A stretch of DNA of 64,000 nucleotides from Octopus vulgaris. Taxonomy: Eukaryota. Below the pieces are notes generated by a model. It was not told where the DNA came from, searched no databases, and was given only the letters and a program-made list of their open reading frames with translations. The position numbers were made by a program, and so were the translations under genes. The stretch lies in assembly GCA_951406725.2 (NCBI GenBank), contig OX597833.1, positions 28,334,001 to 28,398,000 on the forward strand, read 5' to 3'. Of the stretch, positions 63,328 to 64,000 are shown piece by piece (position 1 is the first letter of the stretch; every line of letters begins with the position of its first letter).

Positions 63328-63752
63328 CATAGTTCAAATTTATAGAAATTTTTGTCATGTGCAAAAAACTCTGCATGTGATAGAAAAAAGAACCCAAGAT
63401 GACAAAAACTAACAAAACCCCTTTTCTTTACTTTCTTTTTCTTCTCTCTTAACTCAGTATTACCTAACTTTTGGTGATCCACATTTTTTTTATTCTTCGC
63501 AGATCATTTTTGATACTGTTGAATTTTGTGAACTCTTTAAACATGTTTTCTACTCTGCAATTAAAATTTTTTTTAAATCCCATACATTTATACAATTGAT
63601 AAACAAAATACCATTGATAAACAAAATATTGTTGAAACTAGTTTGGCATGTATATTAATAAATTTATTTAAAACCAATTACAAGCTTTTCAAATTAAGGT
63701 GCATTTTCAATAATAATATTTTTTTCTTGCATGAAAACACACCCTTTCTTTT

Positions 63753-63817
<65 letters not shown>

Positions 63818-64000
63818 CAGATTTCTTTCAAATTTCATCTGTCACATCTGGTCAGCCATGGGCTATAGTGGAAGGTACTAACCCAAGGTATCATGCAATG
63901 GGACTTAAAACCAAAACCATGTAGTTGTGAGAGAAACTTCTTAACCACATAGATGACAGTTAAATAATGCCCTACTATCTTATAAAAAGGGACACCCTGG

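Overview
AT-rich, microsatellite- and transposon-dense eukaryotic DNA. The repeat families look like those of an octopus/coleoid cephalopod genome (recognised by eye, not searched). There is one host gene, a + strand kinesin-3 most like STARD9/KIF16A. Nine motor-domain exons (34934-61450) splice in frame with GT-AG borders. The first motor exons were not found (probably upstream of the window) and the gene continues past the end. The rest is intronic and contains: decayed Tc1, mariner, DD37D and pogo transposons; hAT- and piggyBac-type MITEs; Helitron/Helentron-like elements; RTE, CR1 and R4/Dong LINE fragments; tandem SINE arrays; and a young Penelope-like element with inverted pLTRs. Most notable: (i) minimal hammerhead-ribozyme motifs in the arms of two fold-back elements, one with an apparent swapped G3-C8 core; (ii) many long inverted repeats that would make the pre-mRNA extensively double-stranded; (iii) a non-canonical P-loop codon that one A-to-I edit would return to Gly.
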